Below are positions 51,640-64,000 of a DNA stretch of 64,000 nucleotides, one piece after another. Every line of letters starts with the position of its first letter. The stretch's first letter is position 1. The notes below the pieces were generated by a model. It had not been told where the DNA came from, did not search any database, and saw only the letters and a list, made by a program, of their open reading frames with translations. Source of the stretch: Cyanophora paradoxa CCMP329 (taxonomy: Eukaryota > Plantae > Glaucophyta); NCBI GenBank assembly GCA_004431415.1, contig QPMI01000415.1:186001-250000 (forward strand). Reading direction: 5' to 3'. A program made the translations under genes and the position numbers.

Positions 51640-52100
51640 AGCGCGCCTCCTTCAGCTCCTGCAGCACCTCCTGCGCGCGAGGGGGGTACCGTTGAGCCCC
51701 AGCACGGGGTACATGAACCGATTCGGAAGGGGGCGGGGTACCCGGATGGCGTTCTTCTCGTCGGCCTTGGCGAGGTCCAGGCGGGAGATGGAGGTGGGGT
51801 GCGACGTCAGCCGCAGCAGCTGAGAGGCGGGTACAGGTCAGACGCGCGGCATGGAAACGGATTTGATCCTAGGGCGCACCGCGACGCGGCGGGCGAGCTC
51901 GTCGCGCTCCGCCATGGCCGCCTGCAGCTCCCCGCGGAGGCTGTCCGCCTCGCTCCGGGCGCTCCCGAGCTCGGCGCGCAGGCCCTGCGCCTCCTTGTCC
52001 TTCTCTGCGATGTCCAGGTCCTTCTTCTTGATGAGGACGCGCAGGATGTCTTCCACTCGCGTCTCCAGCTTCTTCCCATCCGCCGCGGGCGGGACCGGGA
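51640..52100 (-). CDS. Short coiled-coil protein (partial model)
   Basis: DGKKLETRVEDILRVLIKKKDLDIAEKDKEAQGLRAELG... and ISRLDLAKADEKNAIR, EVLQELKEAR. Confidence 0.35.
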
Positions 52101-53372
52101 AGGGGTCCGGAAGCTCGCGGCTCTGCGGCGCGCGGGCGTCACGCAAGCGATGCCGCAAAGACCGGCGGCTAATGGCTGCGGGGGCGCGTTGCGTCTTAAC
52201 GGGCGCCGAGGCACGCACGTTCAGATCTCTCCGCTCGGGCGGCCCGCCTCTGAGACAGAGGCACGATCAGACGGCGCTTGCACGCGCACTTCCCGACGAG
52301 ATCCACCCTTGTGCCGCACGACGCTAGACACTCGGGCCGCGTACGCGCGACGCCCGAACCGACTAGCGTCATACATAGCGCCCGCGCGGCCGTACCAGCG
52401 GGAGGCGCGATATCTGCAATAGCTAGCCGTGCTGTGCGTGAAGCAGACGCCCGAGGCCGTACGAATGGCGCAAAGTATCCGGAGCGCGGGAGTCTAGATC
52501 TAGCCTGCTATTCCCGGGCGCACGCGCACCTGCCGATCGGGGCGCAGCAGACGGCGATACGGCGTAGGAAGTCCATCCCGCCGAAGCACAATCCGACGGC
52601 CGACTTCCGGATCCGCGTACCCCGCTTGCGCGGCTTCCGGGCTTGGAGGCGCAGGCGGCGGCTGAGGCTCTCGGTTCAGAACGACCAGTATGCTCTCGTT
52701 TCTTCGATCCGTCGCGCGCTGCTGCGGGGCCAGGTGCGCAGAGCCAATAGTTCCCGCCAGCGCAGGCTCGGGCCCGATCGTTCTCAGTCAAACAAATGCG
52801 GCGAAGCTTAGCTAGAGAGCGATGCGCGCTGCCCAACGAGGCGCACGCGCGCGCGCTGACCCGGCCCGGCCCGCGCCCCCGCGCTGGCCCGCAGCACCGG
52901 CAACGTCGAGTTCGAGGATGTCACAGCTATGACCGTAAGCTAGCGGAAGCCATCGGCGCTTCTCACCGCGCGCGCCCGCAGCTAATGATCGTCGGATCTC
53001 AGCCGCGCGGAACGCGGCCGGCGAACACAGAAGCGGCCGCCATCCCCGAGGAGGCGACGCCGCAGTCCGATCGAAAGCTCCTGGACCCAGCCCGGTACCT
53101 CAGCATCTTTCTCGCTTTCGATCCCGCGTCGCCGCCGCCTCCGCCGAACTTTGGGGCGGCGGCGCGCTCGCAGGGACGGCGCGAACGGGTCGGTGACACT
53201 GGAGGAGTGCCTGCAGATCATGGAGCGGACGCAGCGCGAGCTGAAGCAGACGCGGGACGAGCTGCGCTCCTCGCGGGACCTGCTCAGGGAGGCGCTGAGC
53301 GAGCGCGACGAGCTCGCCCGCCGTGTCCAGGCGCGCCCCGCCCGCCCGCCCGCCCGCCCCGGCGTCCCTTGG

Positions 53373-54040
53373 GCTTAAGCTTAAGCTTAATAAGCTTAAG
53401 GAAAGCTTAAGCTTAGCTATCAAGCTTTGCGCCCCCGAGCCCTGCCCTGAGCCCCGCCCGCGCCCGCAGCTCCTCCGGCTCGTGAACTCGCCGCTGCGGG
53501 TCTCCCGCTCCGACCTCGCGAGCCTCGGCAGCTCCGAGGGGATCAAGGCAAGCCGCGCCTGTACCCCCCCCCCGCGCTCTGTTTCTGAAGCGGCCGGGGC
53601 CCCCAGGAGGTGCTCGGGGAGGCCAAGGGGCGCACGCCCAGCAGCCTGCCGGCCAGCGGTGAGCCGGCCGCCCCCTCAAGCTTCCCAGCCTCTTAAAGGA
53701 GCTCTTAAAATACAAAGAAGGCCGCCCTCTTAATCTTCCCAGCATCTTAAGCTCCATATGCTTAACCTTAAGATGCTTAAGCTTCAGATGCTTAAGCTTC
53801 AAATGCTTAAGCTTCCGCGGTAAGCTCCGCGGTAAGAGGCCAAGAGGCGCACGCCCAGCAGCCTGCCGGCCAGCGGTGAGCCGGCCCGGCTTCCCGGCCT
53901 TCAGAAAGCTTCCCGGCCTCATAAGAGGAGCTCTTAGAGGAGGCCGCCCTCTTAAGCTTCCCAGCATATTAAGCTTCAGATGCTTAACCTTAAGATGCAT
54001 CTTAAGCTGAAGATGCTTGACCTTAAGATGCATCTTAAGC
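53373..54040. repeat. CTTAAG/AAGCTT palindrome-based minisatellite (15-bp unit cttaagcttcagatg) plus a duplicated GC block
   Basis: Arrays at 53373-53415, ~53745-53815 and ~53965-54040; gcgcacgcccagcagcctgccggccagcggtgagccggcc duplicated at ~53630 and ~53847. Confidence 0.8.
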
Positions 54041-54994
54041 TTTTGCGGTAATTATAAGCTCTGGGGATGACCGCGGGGCCCGGCAGACGCGCCGCCGCCG
54101 GAGGCGCTGGCCTCGGGGGAGGGCCAGGCGGAGGGGGGGGAGGGCTCGCACGGCTCCAGCCCCTCCGCCTCCAGCAGCCCGCGCCCCGCCGCCGCTGCCG
54201 CCGCCGCCGCGGCCGCCGCGATCGAGGCGGAGGCGCAGGCGGCCGCGGCCGCGGCCGCCGGCGCCGCGCCAGGCGGCCAGACGGGTCAGCCGGCCACTGC
54301 GTCCGAGGCCCAGCCCGCTCAGATCTGAGCGTTTTCTTGCCGCTGCCACGCCGTGACGTGTACATTAGATCTTAGCAATCTCTTCGGGGGCGATTGGCCG
54401 CGGAACAGGGCTTCATCATGAGCCCTCTTTCATTATCAGCCCATGGCCAGTGAAGCACAGCCCAGGGTAGTTTTAGTAGGATGCGTAGTTTAGCGTATCT
54501 AGTGTATTTTCCGAATTCTAGACTCAGATCCGGCTCCGGGCCCGCCCAACGGGTCTCTGGGTCAGGCTGCATGATGAATCGAAGCTTAAGTTCCTGGACG
54601 TGCACCGGCCCAGCCTGGCAGGCGTCCGGGCCCGGGCCGCCCAGATCGCGATCGCGAGCCGCTTTCTTGACATGTACACGTATACGTACATGCACGTCCG
54701 AAGAAATGGTGACCGGTACCTCCTGCAACTTCCGGCGGTCTGTTGCGGCCTTAAGCTTCGGGCTCGCCAGCTGCAGCATAGCCCCAGTGCGCTCCCGGCA
54801 CGGATCCCCGGATGCTTGACGCTGTACAAGCTCGCTGTAATGAATATATATAATTTAAAAGAAGGAACTGTGCATCTAATTCTTGACATGCCATGCTGTG
54901 TATTCCGATGATGCCGTGATGATCTCCCGCCACTTCCGGCGGTCCAGATCTACTATAGCTAGCCCTAGGCTAGACGTGCCCCCGGCCCGCCCGC

Positions 54995-57517
54995 CTACTT
55001 CTCGACCTCAGCGACGTAGCGGATGCCCACGTCGTCGCCCCCGCTGTGCCGCGAGTACGCCGTCACCTGACCGCGTACCCCCCGTCAGCCTGGGGGGGGG
55101 GCGAGGGGGGGGGAGGGGGGCTAGGGGTACCTGGATGCGGGTCCGGTCCCGGACCGTCAGCGTGAAGAATCCCGTGTTCATCGAGCCTGGAAAATTGGTT
55201 CGAAAAAGGAGCAAAGGGGGGGGGGGGGGGGAAAGGGGGGGGAGGGAAGGGGGATACGGTACCGAAGAAGTCGGGCTCGATCTTGTCGAAGAGGGATGCG
55301 TCGTGATCGAAGTGGTGCGCCGTCTTCGACCCTTCGGAACGGCGTTCGATTCAAGGGGGGTACTGGTACGAATCGGTAGGGAAAGGGGTACCGGCGCCCG
55401 AGATGATGTAGTGCGTGGCGCCGTCCTTGGGCTTAAGGTGCTGCATCGTGTGGTCGTGCCTGGGGGTACGTTTCAGCGGGGCGGGGCGGGGGGAGGGGGG
55501 TCAAGGGGGGGTACGTGCCCGCAGATGTAGAAATCGACGCGGTGCCTCCGGAAGAGCGGGAGGAGCGCCGCCCGCACCGCCGAACGCTGCGGGGGTACCG
55601 GAGTCAAAAATGGAGGGGGGAAAGCAGTAAAAGGGGGGGTACGCGCGCGCCTCCTCCCGCCGCAGGTCGCCGCCATCGTCGAGCGGGGCCGCCGCCGCGC
55701 TGTAGACCTGCCGAGGGGGGATGAGCAAATGCGGAGCGGGGGGTACAGATCCAGAGGGGCGGGGGGGGGGGGGGGGGAGGCCGACCGGGTGGTGCCCGAC
55801 GACGACGCGCCAGTCGGCGTAGGCCGCCGCCGCGAGCTGTCCCTCCAGCCACGCCAGCTGTGCCGCCGCGTCCTGGGCCGAGGGGCGGGGGGCGGGGCCA
55901 TCAGCCGGGAACTTCGGAGGGGCGGATGAGGGGGCGAGGATAGGGCGGAAGCGGGCGTAGAGCGGGGGAAGAAAACGAGGGCGGGAAGAAAACGAGGGCG
56001 GGGCGCAGAGCGGGGCGCGGGGGCCCGGCCCGGCCAGCGGCAGTTTTAAATCTAAACTCAGCAGGTCCACATCTAAATTCTAGCCTGGTCGACTCTTCAT
56101 CCCCGGCCTGGGCGGCGGACCTGGACGCAGGGGTCCTCGGCGAAGATGTCGGCCCCGCAGTAGGAGGGCACCATCGCGTTCGTGTCCAGGAAGATCAGCG
56201 CGATCTGGGGGGGGGTTTCAGAGGGGGGTAGTGGAAGATTAGGGCGGACTGGGGGGGGGGTGAAGGTGAAGGGGCGGGGGGGGGGGGGGGGCGGTTTTAG
56301 ATGTGGGGTATGCAGGAGGGTAGTTGAAGATTGGGGCAGACTGGGGAGGAGGGGGAGGAGGGAGGATCCGCGGGGCGCGGGATACGTACCCCCACGAGTT
56401 CGCCGCTCGCCAGCTCCGCCGTCAGCATCGAGCTGTAGTACCTGCGCGCCGCACCGTACCCTCCCTCAGTCCCGCTCTCGAGGCCTAGGCTTGGCTCGGG
56501 CTCGCTCACCGCGCGGGGAAGGACCAGCGGGGGCTCTGGTTTGAGTACGCGATTTGCGCGGCTGGCTTCCCCATATAGTCTGCGCGGTGATTTCGTTCGC
56601 TCGGCTCGGCTTTTGCTTCGTTCGCCTCGTTCGGGCGCGCGCGCGCACCGTGGTTGCCGAGGGTGGGGTACCAGCGCACGCCCAGCTTCGTCTTGTCGTA
56701 GACCTGCTCGTACGACGCGAGCCAGTCGCTGTCCTCGACGGAGCTCACCCCCTTCGGATAGAACTGCAGATCAAATTAGTTCGACCTCGGATCAAATCTA
56801 GATCAAATTCGAATTCCCGCACGTTGTCGCCGACGCTGACGACGAAGCGGCACTTTCTCCTAGCGCAGATCTCTCCCATCGCTTTCGCGAGCTGCGGGCC
56901 GGGCCGGGGCGCGTGAGGCGCGCGCGCTCCCGCCGCGGGCGGGGCGGGCCGACGCACCGCGAGCTGGTGGTGCTGCCCTTTGCGGCCCCAGTCTGCGCCG
57001 GCCGAGGTGCGGCCATCGGAAGAGAGCCGCGGCCGGCGGCGCGCGCGAGCGGACCTCCGATGGCGGCGAACGTGTATCCCTCCTCCTCGAGCGCCAGCGT
57101 GCAGGGGCGCGCATCGCAGAACTTCGCCGCCAGCGCGTCGAACTCGAAATCGGCGCTCTCCCACGGCCACCGCGGCCAGCCCGCCTGCAGCGCGCCTGCG
57201 GGGCCACATTGGAGGCCGCGAGTCGCGGGGGGAGGCGCGCGCGGCCGCTTGGTCTAGCCGGCCGCGTATCGCGCGAACGCACCCAGAACGAGGGAGACCG
57301 CAAGGCCCGCCAGGATGAAAACGCACACGCCCCTGGCGCCAGGCCTAGAGCGTCCGTGCCCGTTGCCAGCGAGCGCCGTGTACAGTGGCGCCGGCGGCAA
57401 CAGCGGTGAGCTTTCAGACGCGTGCGGCCTCGGCGCCCCGGGCGCGTCGCCATGCGCCGACCCGGCGGAATGAGCAGGCGGGGTCGCTGGGTCGGGGGGA
57501 GGGCTGCTGGGTGGCAT
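54995..57517 (-). CDS. Purple (tartrate-resistant) acid phosphatase, ACP5/small-PAP type, with an N-terminal transmembrane segment
   Basis: Metal-binding motifs ADWG, VGDN, LGNH-DY, VVGHHP, CGHDH, ISGAG; RWSFPARYY, IFLDT, QLAWLE. Confidence 0.92.
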
Positions 57518-57990
57518 TCGAATGTGCGATTGCGCGCGACCGTCGGCCGCGGACATGCACAGCTGCGGCTGTCGCTGCGGCGCCGGCTCTTACGCTCCCG
57601 ATGTCGCAACGAGGGAATGGGCGCGGCAGCTGGCCTGAGGTGAATGATGCTGGTGTCGCTGATGCCGGCACCAGTGGAATCGCTGATGCCGGTGCCGGGG
57701 TCGGCGCACGCTCGTCTAGATCTAGACCTGTTGATGATCGACTCGGATCAGGATCATGATGGTGAACTCGCCCATGTGCGCCCCTTGAGAGCTGCAGTCT
57801 GCAGTCCGGCCGCGCGCCGGCGCGTGTCAGCATCGGCTTGTCGCGCGAGTCGAGCGTGCCCGCCCACCCCTCCGCAGACTCGCACTTCTACCCTTGCTCG
57901 TTTCCCTCCCCCCAATTTTTCGGCGCATCGGTCTCGGGTCCCCGTCAGCCGGATTTTTTCGGAGTGCTAGCTATACACGCCAGGCGCACG

Positions 57991-59676
57991 ATGCTCGCCT
58001 TCGCAGTAACAGCCGTAGCTTCCAGCTCGTCGCGGGCGCCCAGCAGCAGAAGCGCCGCGACATGCGTGCTCCGCAGCGAGTTCGCCGGCGCGTCGGCGAG
58101 CGGCGCCAGCAGCGCGAGCTTCTTCGCCGGCGAGGAAGCGCGCACCTTCCACGCCGCGCGGTCGTTCGTCGCCTCGAGCCCGGGCCTGCCGTCTTTCGAG
58201 GTCGTCTGCATGGGGCGGCGCGCGGCCAAGATTGCTGCGAGGAAGGGCAAGGCTGACCTCCTCAAGGGCAAGCTGTACTCGCGCGTCGGCAAGAAGATCA
58301 TCACGGCGTGAGCTCCGCGCTCCGCGCCGCCCTCCGCGAGGCCCCGCGCTTACTCCGCACGACGTCGACAGCGTGAAGCAGGGCGGCCCGGATCCCGTCG
58401 CGAACTCGGCGCTCGCTTCCGTGCGTGCCGCGGCGTCGCCGCGCCCCCGGAGCTAAGCTAAGGCCGCGCCGCAGATCCTGAAGGAGGCCCGCAACGCCAG
58501 CGTCCCGACCGTGCGCCCGCCGCCGCCGCGTCCCCGCGCGCCCCGCCCGCGCTGAGCGGCCGCGCCCTACCCCCAGGACATCATCGACCGCAACATCAAG
58601 AAGGCCTCCGAGGCTAACCAGGCACTCCCGCTCCCGTACCCCCGGCCCCGCCGCTGTACCCGGCGCCTGACCGGAGGGGGTTACCGCAGGCGGCCTTCAA
58701 TGAGATCACGTACGAGTTCATCGGCCACGGCGGCGTCGGAATCCTCGTCGAGGCCCTTACCGGCGCGCCCTGCGCCCCTCGCGCCGTACCCCCCCCTCGG
58801 CGTCCCGCTCACGTACCCCCTCCGTCTCGCAGACAACCCGAACCGCGCCAACTCGGAGGTCCGAAGGGTGGCGCAGAAGGCGGGCGGCAAGATCGCCAGG
58901 TGGGCCTCTCTTCCGCTTACCCCCCTCCCTTCCTCCCCCCTTCCGGGACTGGACCGACGCCGTACCCCCCCCCGTCACTCCCTGCGAACGCAGCCCCGGC
59001 AGCGTCTCGTTCAACTTCTCCCAGGTCCGTCCCCCTCGCCCCTCTCATACCCCTGTACCCCGGATCCCGACGCCCGGGGGTACGCAGAAAGGCGCGATCC
59101 GCCTCTCCGGCGTCTCCGTCTCGGAGGACGCCATGTTCGAGGCCGCTACCGAGGTGCCCCCCTCCCCAGCCCCCGTACCCCCTCTTTTTCACGTACCCCT
59201 GCCCCCCTCCAGGCTGGCGCGGACGACGTGTTCATGGAGGGCGAGGAGGCGAGCTTGCCCCCCCTTCTCCCCCCCCTCCCCCGCCCCCTCCCCCCCCCTG
59301 AGCCCTCACCTGTACCCCAGGAGGGCTCCTTCACCGTGCTGACGGCCCCGGGCGACCTGTACGCCGTCAAGGAGGCGCTCGAGGCGGGGCTCGGCATCCA
59401 GATCAGCCCCGAGACCGTCAACCTCGAGGTCGGCTCAGATCTGATCTGTTCTGATCCGATCTGATCTGATCTGAACTTCAGATGATCCCGAACGCGGTGG
59501 CGGAGGACCTCTCGGACGAGGACGCGGACGCGAACGACGCGATGATCGAGGCCCTCGAGGAGCTCGACGACGTCAACCACGTACGTGCTCGCGTCGCGTA
59601 CCCCCCCTCGAATTCCCGGATTCGAAATTCTGAATCGGAACCCGTGCAGGTCTTCCACAGTATGCCCCGCGAGTAG
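57991..59676 (+). CDS. yebC: YebC/PmpR/TACO1-family protein with a plastid transit peptide
   Basis: S/A-rich presequence MLAFAV...EVVC, then MGRRAAKIAARKGKAD..KGKLYSRVGKKI, GGPDP..N, IDRNIKKA, EITYE..GHGGVGILVEALTDNPNRANSEVR, LEELDDVNHVFH. Confidence 0.93.
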
Positions 59677-60238
59677 TGGCGCCTCTTTCCCACAGCTAGG
59701 CCCTAGCTATAGTGTTTCTTCTCAGAGGCTTGTTCCGTTGAAGCATGGAATTCGAATGCCCTGCGCGAGTGCTTGCTCGTGATCACGCTATGTCGATCGA
59801 TATCGTCGCAATAGGTCTAAATGTACATGTGTCACAGTGTAGCTAATCGCTCGCCAGGCATGAGTAATAGTCGATCTAGATCTGTTCCACGCGCACGTGG
59901 GGCCGGCGCGCGGCGCCGGCCGGCTCTGTGTGACAGCCAGCTGCAGAACGGCGTGTTTGCATTCACGACACGCATATGCACAAGCGTATACTTCCTTCGG
60001 ACAGCCTCCGATTCAACATTGCTTGGGGGAATTCGAAGACGTCGACGAACTCTAAAAAGCAATAGAAAATATCTAATTTAATGACAGTATACGTATGTAT
60101 ACGTAAACGACGTGCCCTGATTATGAGTGCGGTTCTACGCTAGCTTTCTGCGATGACAAATTAAGAAGGCTCCACGGGAAATCTCAATTCAATGATTACA
60201 ATCAATATAACGATCAAGGACTGCCCCCTCACACTCGA

Positions 60239-63200
60239 TTACTCGTGTTCCTCGTCATTCTTCCGCGCGCGCTTTGGATTCCTCGGGACTTCGAATTCTG
60301 GTAGATCGGCGGCCGCGACACCAAGCTGAATGCTGGCGGCCGATTCTCCAGCGACCGGTGGCGACTCTGGAGCATCGGGGCCCGCTGCAGCTGGGGGGCT
60401 GGCCGGCGCCGACGGCGAAGAAGGCAGGGACTCGACGGCGGGCAGGTGGGCGGAGTGGAGGCGCGACTTCCAGTCGGGGGGCATGAGGCGGCCCAGCGCG
60501 GGGCCACGGCAGGCTCGGCCGAGGGACGGTAGGGCGCCTGAGCGTCGTCTGCGCGTCAGCAACGAATCGCGATCGCGAGCGGCGAGGCTGGCCATGGGGG
60601 CCGGGCGCGCACCCTCCGTGGCCGGGGGCACGTGCATCACCAGGGGCGCTGCACTCCCAGCCGCCGGCAGAGGCAGCGCCCTGCGCCTGCCCCTTAGAGA
60701 GCGAAGCACACAAAGCTCCGTGAGTTGAGCTGAAGACGCACCGTCCGCAGTTGGGGTACTCGGAAAGGAAGGGGTAGCGAGCACTTATACACCTAGCGCA
60801 GATGTACTCCCACTCATCGCTCACTTTCTGCGCACCGTGGCACGCGCAAAGGCTTAGCTTATAACTAGGCGTACAGGTATACGTAGATCTAGAGTGCACC
60901 ACGGCACAAAGCCTGAGGCCTAGCTGGCAATTTTGATGGCAATTGCAACGCACCCCATTCTTTGGCATGCCAATGCAGGGGAAGTGGAACCAGTCCCAGC
61001 AGGTCGGGCACTGCTCAAGTTGGGCGACAAAGGGAAGGATAGAGCAGACATGCGTGCACAGAACCGATCGCGAATTCGAACCTGGAGCATATGATTCCGG
61101 CCGTCGTCCGCCCCATCACAAGTGCAGAATTTCTCGTAGAAGTTGTGCCCATAACTGAGGATGATCATGAGGAGGATGAATATAACATAAATTGCAATTG
61201 AATTTGAAAACGATGACGACAAGACAAGAGCGCACATATTCTTGGAGTTTTCGGGATCCCGCTCTTCCACGAGCGTGCACCGCTCCTCGGCTTCATGATC
61301 ATGATCGGGTGGAAAAAATGCGTCAGAGCGTGGAAGAAGCACAGATCTAGAGATCGCAAAGTGATGGCACCAGGCATTCTGCTGCTTCCGCAGTCACAGC
61401 GGAACTTCCCCTTGCACCCGATGCTGACAACCTGGGCGGCAGGGCTCGAGTGCAGCAAGGGGCAGGGGCCGCGCAGACTTGGCTCACGTGATGGCCACGG
61501 TCTTCATGGCATTCCTCAGCGCATCTGCAGCATACGCCCGCCGGCAGAGGAAACTGCGTGTGCGAATTTCGAAGTCATATTCCGAAGTTCAAAATCTCTG
61601 TTTGGCGCAGAATTCGAATATATATCTAGACCTGGAAGGCCGGGCGGGAGTCGTGGATCACTCACCTCGCCCTTCTTCTCCTGGCATGTGAGGCAGATGT
61701 ACACGACTTGGTCCACGTAGCCCCTCCCATACGAGCACTCGGACTTGCCGAGGTTTAGCGGGTCCTGCTCCCAAACCTAGATTCGAAACCAGACGATCAC
61801 GATCAAATACGGATGGCCATGCATGCATATATGGCGAGGGGGGACCTCTTTTTCCTCCTCCGAATCCTCGGGGTCCTCCTCCTCCTCTTCCTCCTCCTCG
61901 ACATCTTCGCTGTCCTCATCCTCACCGGCGGCGTCCGCATTGCGGTCGTTAATGTTGAGCTCGGCTTGCTCCCGGGAGTCCATCACGATTTTCTCGATCC
62001 GGCCGGCAGTGATTTCAGCATCCCGCCCGTCTCGCGATCGGTGCTGCATGGTTACGACGGCAGTCGTGTTCCCAAGACGCATGCTGATCCCGGGGGCCAC
62101 TTTCTGCAGTAGCTTCCGCTGATTTCCCAGAAAGCACGCAATTAATTTCTTCTGGCTGTCAAGACCGAAATGCAACTCCTCTGCGGAATAATGGCAGTCA
62201 GGATGGAAATACCAAGGATCGTGTACGTGTGCATTCGTACCCAGACAATATTTTGAAATCAAGGACGTTTCTGAAGCGAAAAAAAGCAGATGCGTGGCTA
62301 ATTTAATCGCTATCCCAACTGCGGATGCAAAGCTCCTGATCAGCGTGAACCAGCGTGAACTCCTGTAATCAACAAAGCGCATGGAATGAAGTCGCACTCT
62401 CGTTCACCCATCTGTCCCCTGCAAAGCGCAGAAGTTAATTTAAAAACGATGTAAATTGCTGAATAGAAACGCACCCCCTTCCAGCTGAAACTCATCAAAC
62501 CAGCACGCGACGCCACGCGCCTCCAGAGCCGCTTTGATAGCCGAAACGATATCGTTGTCGGCGTGCGAGTAGCTGATAAAGACACGGACTGCAGGAGGCG
62601 AGCTCTGTCCTGTGTGCCAGCCCTTGTACAGGAACGGATTTGTGTCCGGGCGTTCCCCCAGCACCGCACGGCGCGGCACGGGCTCAGCCGAGTCGCTCGC
62701 TGTCTGCTTTTTTAGCGCAGCTGCCAAGCTTCTGAGCCACCCGTCATAGCCGGGGCCGCGACTCCCGAAGAAGGGCCGCACTGACTGCGCCCAAAGTAAG
62801 CCCTAGCCTTGTGGATGTTGGACAAGGCTGCCTATAAATATTTTTGCAGACTTGAAAGGATCTGATGCGCATGCTCAGCCCAGGGTTCGTGCGCTCCAGG
62901 TAGTGATCGCTCATGCCGAAGTAATCGATTGTTAAGGGCACAACGATGCATCCGTCGTCGATCGCTGGGCGCGGAGGAGAAAATCAGTCCGACGGTCTCG
63001 CGAGCTCGAGAGAAGCCGTGGCCGTGCACGTGAGCGAACCTTCATATAAAGCCGCAATCAATGCCTGGTTTTCTGCCGACTGCGATATCGATGCCTGGGA
63101 TGCGATGAAGAGAAAGGAGTGGGCGTCGCAGCGGGCCGCCCTATGTCCAGCACTTTTGGATCCCACGGCTGATCCGCACAGCTGCAGCTGTAAGGTCGGC

Positions 63201-63599
63201 GCCGGCGTAGAGCAATCCGCGCCGGCGCGTTCCGGGACATCGTTGCAGCTGCGTCATGATCATGAGCAGCCTGGCAGCCGGGGCGCGGGCTCTATATCTG
63301 GTGTGGCCGGGGCCCGGGGCGGCCGGGGGACCGGCCACTCTACGTATGCGCCCCGCGCGGCGGCATCCGCCGGGCCGGGGCTGCGGCCCGGCAGCCGGCC
63401 GGTTGCGGCCGGCGGCCGCGGGGGCCGGGCTGGCGGGGGCCGGCCGCGGGCCGGCGGGGGCCCGGCGGCCGGCCGTATATACGCGCGCGCACCAGAGCAC
63501 GAGCTCGAGTTCGCGGCGCAGGTGAAGATCATCCAGCACGTGAGAGAGCCGCACAGCATCCTCAGCAGTCGCCAGGACGTGCACGCGGCGCCCGAACAT
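60239..63599 (-). CDS. TIR-domain protein apparently fused to a UBR7-type UBR-box + PHD module
   Basis: TIR_2: VFISYSHAD...LEARGVACWFD..LEGGDRWVNEIGIAI..LLFFASETSLISKYCLEELHFG...KKLIACFL. The same open frame (ORF 61777-62397) continues into an acidic linker, then exons CSYGRGYVDQVVYICLTC, AGVCCRCAEECH, FRCDCG, YGHNFYEKFCTC, MLQCPTCWDWFH, EYICARC. Confidence 0.75.
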
Positions 63600-64000
63600 C
63601 GCCGGCTGCGAAGAACGACATCATCATGATCATTCGAATTCGTATATATATGTGTGTGTATGCACGCGTGATCATGTGCATGAGTGGCATGCATATGGCG
63701 CTGCAGTGTATTCGTACACGTACGTGTGCATGTGCATGTACATGTGCTGATGAGGTTGACGATGGTGAGGATGGCGTGGACATCGCGAACATCGGCGAGG
63801 ACAGGGCGATCCGTCGTGATGATATCGATCGCTTTAGCTATGCCGATAGTATGCTGCCCGCTAGCTACTAGGCCAAGGCTAGTTAGTAGCGCTGCCGGGT
63901 GATCGTGACGCCGTGACGCGCTGCTGCGCTGGGACTCGGGAAGCTCCAGCTGGTCGCCAGGCTCTGCCGAGTGCACCGGTACCGTAGACTCTCAAGATCC

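Overview
GC-rich, intron-dense eukaryotic nuclear DNA, probably from a glaucophyte such as Cyanophora (inferred from the MLAF... transit peptide on the YebC gene and the very short introns). Housekeeping genes include NSUN2/Trm4, a C2-domain protein, LIN9/ALY, PRMT7-like, GT8 glycogenin-like, UBC4/5, NSE2-like, TRAF-like, purple acid phosphatase and plastid YebC. At 14-28 kb an F-box/LRR gene carries nested insertions: a non-autonomous CACTA element in an exon, and an A-poor, possibly LINE-like fragment in an intron. Inside that fragment sits the main finding, an 8.4-kb capsid-less Polinton/PLV-type element (17673-26093) with a target-site duplication and ~2.45-kb inverted arms. Each arm carries an HNH + ExoX-C-like ORF and the 5' part of a protein-primed PolB. 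The core holds the rest of the pPolB and a TAATG-coupled D-D-D retroviral-type integrase whose second half is flipped at a patchwork junction, which suggests an integrated copy-back (defective-interfering-like) genome. A second notable item is an apparent in-frame fusion of a TIR domain that keeps the expected catalytic Glu to a UBR7-type UBR-box/PHD module (60.2-63.6 kb). All exon boundaries and domain calls were read by eye and are approximate.
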